This document shows positions 56,194-64,000 of a stretch of 64,000 nucleotides of DNA, in pieces; position 1 is the stretch's first letter, and each line of letters opens with the position of its first letter. The stretch is from the human T2T-CHM13v2.0 reference genome, Homo sapiens, in assembly GCF_009914755.1 (NCBI RefSeq), contig NC_060925.1; one strand, given 5' to 3'. The notes beneath the pieces are model-generated. The model made no database searches. It was not told the DNA's origin and worked only from the letters and a program-made list of their open reading frames with translations. A program made the position numbers and the translations under genes.

Positions 56194-59100
56194 GTAAGTG
56201 AAGGCCCCTGTCCCGGGGCTGGGGGCCAAAGAAAGAAGCCCACTGATCCCACCCAGCCCTAGGTACCTGAGTCTATAGGGGGAGACTTGTCCTTGAGGCT
56301 GACCTAGAAATCCTTCCAGCTCATGGTGCCTGAGCCACTTCAGCTGCTCTTAAACGATCTCTCTTGATTGTGAAACCTTGAGTTAAACTTGGTCCTACTC
56401 TAAGTCAATCCTCCTCAAATTCTGGTGGGAATCAGAATCACCTTAGAACCTGGCAGCGTACCCAGAACCAGCCTATCGTACCTCAACAGCCCTGAGCCTC
56501 TTTGTTCTTTATGAGCCCTCCAGGTAATTCAAGTGCACCCCAGAGTTTGAGAACCACTGCTTCCAGTGGTCATCTAGAACCCCTCTCCGGACACAGCTTG
56601 ATTATTTCTTTTATTTCTTCTCATTGCTTGGTTATCTTTATTTGTATAAGAAACCCATAGCAGAAAATATGAAAATTAGTGGAGACACCAAAATAAATTT
56701 TATTTGATTCTGTAATATGTATATGCTGAACCATATGGAATCGCTATGTTTGTAAGTTGCAGGCTTATGTTTGAGTTTTATTTGTTTTCGTTTCTATTCC
56801 CTGATTCTGTTTGGCTGGTACAAAAGCAAATCAGCATTTCCCGACCCATTATAGTGTTGGTGGCTCTCCCTTGAGGAGAGAGAGAAGCTTAGTCAGAAAT
56901 GTTCTTCTTGGCAAGGACGAGGCAGCCTAGAGCTTTTGCTGCAAAGTCTCAGCCCACTCAGGACGTTGGAAGTTGTCTATGTTGATGTACACCATGGATT
57001 TGTAACACGCCTTCCATAAAGGAGCCCCCCAAAAAACAGACCTTAGTCTGACTCATGCTGTGAGTGTTGTTTCTGATGCTCTGGACAGTGAGGATTGTTG
57101 GGGAGGCCAGTAGAGAGCACCATGTGGGTGCTGGCAGTTTGCAAAGGTCAGAAAAAATAGGCTGACCCTGGCTTCCTGGAGCCCCTGCAGAGGTGGTGAA
57201 CAATGGCTCCCCGGGTGGGTGTGGGTCAGGAGAGGTTCAGGTGAGATCACTTCTCATTCAGGACAGGTAGGGGGTGTGACCATTATCGTTCTCTTCCTTC
57301 CTCCCTATCCCTGCTGATGGCAGAGGCTGGTGGTCCTGAGAGCCAACACAGCCCCATGCTCCATTTCCACCATGGCACAGAGGTGGATCCAAAGGGAAGC
57401 AGCTTCCTTTTCTCTTCCCCTTCTCATGTTTTTTTTTTTTCTTTCACCTTTTCATTTTCTTCCTTTTTCTTTTTCACTTCCTTCTTTATTTCTCCTCCCT
57501 CTTTCTTTTTCTTTCTTCTTTTCCATCTCTCTGTTCTGTCTTGGAACTCCATTCTGCCCTCCTCTAATCATCGCCTCCTGCCTTGCAGTGTCCCCACACA
57601 CTGATCTGTGTTGGTGCTGGGCTGCCAAAGGTGGTAGCCGGCAGGTTGCCTGACACCTGCAGCAAGCCCCTCGAGTTCCTGGCAGGGTGACCTGGCTTTA
57701 CTCCAGTTGCTCCCCCGTCCCTGACTTTCTCATTCCTGACCCAAGCCCAGGGAGACCCCTTGGAGGAGAAAGTTGGTTTGTCTGCAGTGTCTCCTCAGTC
57801 CACATCAGGGTGACTGCCTGCCAGCTGGCTGGGCTGGGAAGGACAGTGTAGTCTGCCCAGGACCTCGGAGTGGCCTCAGCAGCCAGGACAGGACTAACAG
57901 CATTGGCAGGGGGAGGAGCAGGGATGTCAAGAACAAGATAACATGCTCGCTGAGCTGAGCCTGGACAGCCATCAGCATCACCACCAGGGCCCCTCTCTCC
58001 TTGCCCAGACGACGCTAGAAATCGGCCTGCTGCTTTTGGAACTGAGTCAGTTGACCTTCTGCCATCCTGGGCAGAGCCCATCACTGTCACACAGAGTAGA
58101 GCAGAGGCCAAGAGACTGAGGTGGTGAAGAGTCTTCCTCTGTAGAATTAACTAACTTCCTCTGCAGTTAGAGATTTAAACAACATGTAGAACTTGGACTT
58201 TCCAGAAACACTCTTCTCTACCAGAAGAAGTAAGGGATGTTTGTTAATTCTTCATTTCTAGGTCCTCTATTCCACTGAAAACTCTTTCCTCCGAATGGCG
58301 AGAGACCCCCTAGGTGATTGGAACAGAGCCCCATCAGCTTCCTGGAGTTCTCCCAGGGGCAGCTCTGGCTGGGAGCAAGTTCTGGGCATCTGAGCCAGCC
58401 CAGAATTGGGCACACTTGCTTAAAATAGCACAGTGGTGCTCTCTCTACTTTCCTGTCTGGAGAGGACACAGGCTTTCTCTTGTACCTTCAGAACCAGGTC
58501 TGGGGTGGGAGGCAAAGCAGTCAGGCAGGGGCAGCTTCAAAGGCCCTATTCTCACCAGGCACTCCTGTCACAGTTTGCCCATTTGGGAAGAAATAAATCT
58601 CATCATGTCCCATTTTTATTACCTGCATTGAAGGAAGTTGACAATGGTATGTAATGCAAAATACTGGGTAATCTGAAATCATTTTTAAAACCTGGGATGC
58701 AGTCAAAGATAAGCAGTGGAGTTGGGCTACAGAGCTGGGCCCGTCCCACTCTGCCTATGCTGTAACAGGTGCTGGGTGCCTCCTGATGCAATAAGAGGCA
58801 ACTGTGGTAAGCGAGGAGGGTCCTCCCTAAGGCAGACACCAGGGCACACCCCTTCTTCCTCCAGTGTCTAAGTGACATTCTTGGAGCAGTCAAAGAAGTT
58901 TCCGTGAATTTCTCACATGTGCTCCAGAATTCACAAACCACGAGGTCAGTTCTGGGCGTGGGCTACTTCTCTGGAGAGAGATAGGTTACATTTCACCTGG
59001 TGATATGGGAGCATGAAGGAAGGGCCCTGTCATCTGTATGTGCCACCATCCACCCCCAGGAGAGGAACAGAGTTGCCTCCCAAGCCCAGCTGCAGCCCCC

Positions 59101-60475
59101 ACCTGCCCTTGGGCCACCCCATCTCTTCGTTACATTGTGGATTTATTCCTGCCTTTAGCTCCAGATGGACCCAAGCAGACTTCCCAAACAGGCTGGGTCT
59201 TTACAACAAACCCCATCTTAAGAGAGAGTTCTGAATAATGAAAATCTTCCTACCAGGTGGCAAGCAGATTTGGGATGCAATGCAATGCCAGTCCCAGAAA
59301 AGGACTCTCATACTTCTTGCAACTAGTTGTAATGGGATTGGATCTGTCGACAAATATGCAAATGTTTTGGCAGAGCCCCTGTCGTCCCTCGAGCAGTTGG
59401 ACCATGTTCTTGCCTCCTCAGGGCCATCTGCTTGGCTTCCAGTCAGCTGTATACCCCACCCCCTTTTAGTACTGTCACAATTTGAACCCAGTTGCTGGAA
59501 GGGACCAGAGGTAGAGAGGGAAAAGCTCCTTCAGGACGCTGGCGTGATGATGTGTCCTCTTCTGAAATGTCTTTCTCATTAAGGAGTAAATGCCCACGAG
59601 TTTGAATTACCTAACATTGGAACTGAAGCCACTGATCTTGCTCCATAAGGAATGTCTTCAATCCTGCATAGTCTAGAGAGCTTCGAACCTCCAGAACGTT
59701 CAGGAGGACTTTCCTAGTCTGAAATGTAGAACTCACAGCTTGCACTTTCTCCTGTCCCAAGCTCCAATTCTAAATTCTAAAGCCTGAACCTCAGGGATGT
59801 TCTCCCCACCTCACTGAACCTCTCCCGGCATCCTCACAAGGAGGGCTTTCTGCCAACAGAGACATCTCCAAGATCATAGTGGTGCCCACCTGGGCAGACT
59901 CCAGTGACACATGTTGCTGGGTGTGGCCAGGGCCCCTTGGCCCAACTCTTTTGGTCAATGACCTCCTCCCATTTACCACCAACCTCCTGCAGCTTAGCTT
60001 CTGCCCAGGCAGCACTTTGCTCTTCCCCGGAGCTCACTAACACTCCTTTCTCTTTAGCTGCTCCAAGAGCTAGCCTGACCCAGAGTCCTGGGAACTGAGG
60101 ATTTTGATAAGAAGGAGTTGTTCAAAAGATGGCTACAGGACACCACTAATCCTTCTCTCATTTGTTTGAAAATATAGCAGGACCAATTAATTAAAGTTCA
60201 AACCTAATTTCTTTAATTTTAAAAAAACCATTACTGTATTATTGCCTTCTTTTGCAGGATTTAACCTTTTTTTCTCCTTTTGTGGGCTGTTTTGTGTTGC
60301 TTGTTCTTCACTGAGCGTATTGCCTTTCCAAATATGCCGTGTCTTTCCTTTGCAAAAGACCACTGCTGCCCTCCTCAGTTGTTTTTCTGGCTTTGCATTT
60401 GTTTTCTCTCCCCGTTTATGCCTCTGTGACTTCTCCGTGGCCTCCTGTTTGCTCACCCTCTTTTGTTTGTTACAG

Positions 60476-60526
60476 ACCACCCTTATAATGACTCGTCCTT
60501 AAGAAACCACCCTGACATGTACAGTG
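60476..60526 (+). CDS. NFASC: NFASC 51-nt alternative exon, Ig2-Ig3 linker (NHPYNDSSLRNHPDMYS)
   Basis: tttgttacAG|ACCAC...ACAGTG|GTGAGT; symmetric phase 1-1; matches the 17-aa linker insert of some neurofascin isoforms. Confidence 0.92.
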
Positions 60527-60539
60527 GTGAGTCGCAGCG

Positions 60540-60609
60540 GTAACCTTGGGAGTAACCTTGCCTGTGCTAACCCCAGTTTGCCTAACTTGACTGATACCAC
60601 GTCATTAAC
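60540..60609 (+). promoter_or_regulatory. Putative intronic splicing enhancer: cluster of five TAAC (QKI-type) motifs
   Basis: TAAC at 60541, 60553, 60568, 60583 and 60606, starting 15 nt after the 51-nt exon donor. Function is inferred. Confidence 0.55.
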
Positions 60610-62419
60610 TCCTGCTGGGTGGCAGCTGGCCCAGCCAGGGTGCCAAGGTGACACCTCCAGAAGGCTGCCTGCCAGGAGGCAGTGTGGGGGTTTGAGGTGG
60701 CTCACCTGGTGGTGTGGTCTCCTCTAACAGGCATGCCTCAAGTTGCTGAATTCTCAACAAGTTGTTCAAACCAGGGTAGGACTTCAAAAGAACTTCTTGA
60801 AAAGCAGGAACTTTTACTGAAAAAGTAGAAGCTTAGGAATCAAGAATGGATGAAGGGAGACTATCTTAAAATAGGTGAGTTCCATAGTGAAGAGAAAACA
60901 GGAAGTCTGGTTCCTATTGGTAGTTGAAAGAACACAGAAAGCTTGTTAGTATGTTCAGTTAACTCTAGATAGGAATTGCCTGCTTTGTAATCTCACCTTA
61001 GTTACCGGGAGTACCATTTCACAGTGAGGTCCCGTGTCTCTTTAAAATCCATCTGGGCAATAGGAGTAAGAGTCCAGCTCTGAGTTCTCTTTCAAGATGA
61101 GTATAAATGAGGTGAAACCATCCACCGTACCCTCTCACCTAGGCCTCTCTCCTCCTTTGGTAGTATATGCAAATCAAATGCCCACCAGTCCACACTTGCG
61201 AGACATGGAACAATTACAATGAGGCATGGTTTTAACTCATGACACAGCTGGTTGCTCAGTCTGATTAATAGGGTAATTGGCTATTTCCACACCTGAGTTA
61301 CCCCTCACCATGGCTCAAGAATGTCTTATTTTCCCTGAGCAGCCAGAGGCACCATCATTTGCTGGCTCTGGTGAGGCAGCTGGCCCCCATCATTAGTTAT
61401 GCCTCAGAAGCTGAGGCTGCAGGTCCTCAAGGGACCTCACTGTGGGCTGAAACAGATAGGAAGTGTCTGCACTGTGATGTGCTAATACAAAGGATGATGA
61501 GTGACTGGAGAAGGGGATGGGATGAGGGAGCGCGAGCCAGGGAGAGAGGCAAAGGCTCTAACTTGGCACCAAGCAGCTAGAACCACACTGAGATCCTGCC
61601 AAAGAGATTCACTACCCAAGGAATCAGGGGACCTTTGTTGGATTCTAAGCATTGTTTGTTTTCAAGATAATGGGGCCAACTACTATTGTGTTAAGAGCCC
61701 CAGAGCCCTGGTATGGAATGGGCCTTGTTCTAAATCGGATTCCAGGTAATCTGTTATAGGAAGTATTCTGTAAGCCTGAGTGCATCAGAGCCAGAAGTTC
61801 CCTTAGAGACCATCTGGTCTAAGTTCCTCACTTTATGTAAGATAAGCCATACAGGGGAACGTACACATAGAGTTGTTTTATCAATGGAATAAGTTTGAGT
61901 GATTCCAGTCACTTAAACCAGTTTGTGACCATTGATCAAACTATTATTGCAAGAGAATGAGTGGGACTTATGAGATCCATCCAGGACTATGAAACAAGCA
62001 AAGCTTACAAGAGTTTACCTGGAGATTGACCCCTTGTCCTCAATCCAGGGTAGGACGGAGCTGACCCAAGTATGAAGCTGCTGGAAAGGATATAAAGTCA
62101 AAGGGAGACACATTTTGAACAAAAGACAACTAGGCTGATGCTTCTAGCAAGAAATCAAAGGGAAATGGAAGGAAGGAGGATGACTTCTTTCTGGAGTGCA
62201 GGCATCTGGACAGAGAGACTTGATGAAAAGTGCCCAGGGCATCTGTCTGTTTGGCTCTGAAATATGGCACGTCTCTTTTGTAGCAGGAGGGCCACCCCAT
62301 ACTTCTATTTTGTTTTAGTGATTTCTAGAGTGGATTGGTATCCTCTGAACACTGCTAGGTGCCCCCTGACCTGCTGAGTGGCAGGAGAATCTGGTCTGAG
62401 ATTGTAACTTGCCGCTTAG

Positions 62420-62680
62420 GATTCAGCCAGGTGAGGAGACCAAGTGGTTAAGAGTGTGTGCTCTGAGGTAGACTGCCTTGAATTAAATCCAGGGTCCGGG
62501 ACATACCATTGAGTGATGCTGAGTAAGTCATTTAGTGTCTCAGAACTTTAATGTTCTCATTTGCCAAATGGATGTATTACCTGTCTCATAGGATTGTTGT
62601 GAAGATTAAACAGGAGAATGTGCTTATGGTTCCTAGTATGTGTTGGGCACATTCTCGATACTTAACAAGTGTTACCCATT
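62420..62680 (+). mobile_element. MIR
   Basis: gtggttaagag...agactgcc...gagtaagtcattta...ctcataggattgttgtgaagattaaa. Confidence 0.8.
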
Positions 62681-64000
62681 ACTGGTTTTAAAGGGAATGG
62701 TTTAGTGTTGACTGTATCCTGGATAGTTCTTCTATGCTTCTGAAATTAAGAAGGACAGACAGAACTTAAAGAGAAGCCAAGGGGCAAAAAGCAGGTGCAA
62801 TTATAGGAAGAAAGTACCATAGAGGGAGAAATTGTAGGGCAGACCAGAGAAACAAAAGCTGTTCAAATCCTCAGCTGTGCTGAGAACTGCATAAGAAGAA
62901 AAGCTCCAACTACTGCATATGAGGTTTGGGTTAAACTTACAGGAGAAATTTCCTGGTACTGAAAGGTATCAAATATTACTAGACAAAGAGTTTTTCCTAT
63001 CTTCTGGGGTTGTTTGGTCAGCCATTCCTAGAGCAAGAGAGGTGAATGAGATGCCAAGAATCTGGCCCCATGAGTCTCTGGTTCTCAGTTCTGAGAATCG
63101 AAAGCAGCAAAGTGGTCTGGATGAGGGATACAGATGCCCCTAAAAGCTGTTTTTGGTAGAGGTCCTCAGATACGTCTGATTCATTGAACTTTCTTGTCCT
63201 GCTAACACATAGCACTTGACAGAGGGGGGCAACTAAGGTTGTCAGGAGTCTTGATGTTTCCTCAAAAGAGATGATCAAGAGGCATTTATCGTTGGACCTT
63301 TAAGGCCAACATGGTTGAGGCATTGTCATCTCCTGTTGTCTGCTAGCTGACCATATTTCCCCAGAAACCCATGGACCCACTCTGAGCCACAGCTTACGAG
63401 AGCAGGAGAGGACTGACTGTCCCTGGGCAAGAAGTCAAATGAGCTGGCGAGGGAAGCTCTTCCTGAATCCACACAGATATGAGCTTTAGCGTATGGACTC
63501 TGAGTTTGATCAGGCATTAGGTCAGACCCCACTCTGAAGATCAGGGCGAATAACCAATACTCTCCAGGGATCCCTGCCTCCATGATGAAAGAGGGTGTCC
63601 CATGATAAGATGAGACAGTCATCTGCCACCATTTAGAGTTTCATCTAGTAATCACTGTTGTCTTAGAGTCTTCCTGTCTCTACTTCTCCAGGGAAGGAAA
63701 TTAGGCACCCTCTTTGAGAACAGTGGCTCTCAAAGCCACCAGCTCTAGTATCCTTCCTAGATTTTCATATGAGTTCCTCCTGCTGCAATTGACTGCATTT
63801 CTTCATAACCTTTCCTTTAGGGCCAGCCATCTCATTCCTTAATGATATTATGTCCCCCAAATCTTCTTCAAGTTTTCCATGCCTTTAAGAATCCAACTGA
63901 GGTGCCTTTAGAGCTGCTGAATTCCCTCCTCAGCTTCTTTTTCTCCACCTTGGGCCCGAGTTTTTTTTAATAGCCACTGAGGAGAGGTGGGATCTTAGCT

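Noticed and set aside
57400-57590. Long polypyrimidine tract ending near ccttgcAG (57588)
   Set aside because: No convincing downstream donor; best treated as low-complexity sequence.

Overview
Primate (human-like) genomic DNA from the 5' part of the neurofascin gene NFASC (L1-CAM family), + strand. It starts in a large 5'-UTR intron and ends in the intron after the Ig2-Ig3 linker exon. Supported exons: a 109-nt non-coding exon (18985-19093), the ATG/signal-peptide exon (42591-42771), an 18-nt microexon (48922-48939), four exons encoding Ig1 and Ig2 (50378-56193) and a 51-nt alternative linker exon (60476-60526). A full-length processed RPL13A pseudogene lies in sense orientation in the intron after the ATG exon. 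The rest is intronic and rich in Alu, L1, L2, MIR, MaLR LTR and hAT MITE relics; most ORFs in the supplied track are repeat-derived noise. I found no new protein system. The best leads concern RNA processing: QKI-type TAAC motifs placed reciprocally around the two alternative exons, a candidate 27-nt in-frame microexon, an in-frame upstream acceptor that would add 35 aa between Ig1 and Ig2, two overlapping uORFs in the 5'UTR exon, a fold-back hairpin inside an Alu, and two Alus inserted sequentially into one target site. Repeat boundaries and subfamilies were read by eye and are approximate.
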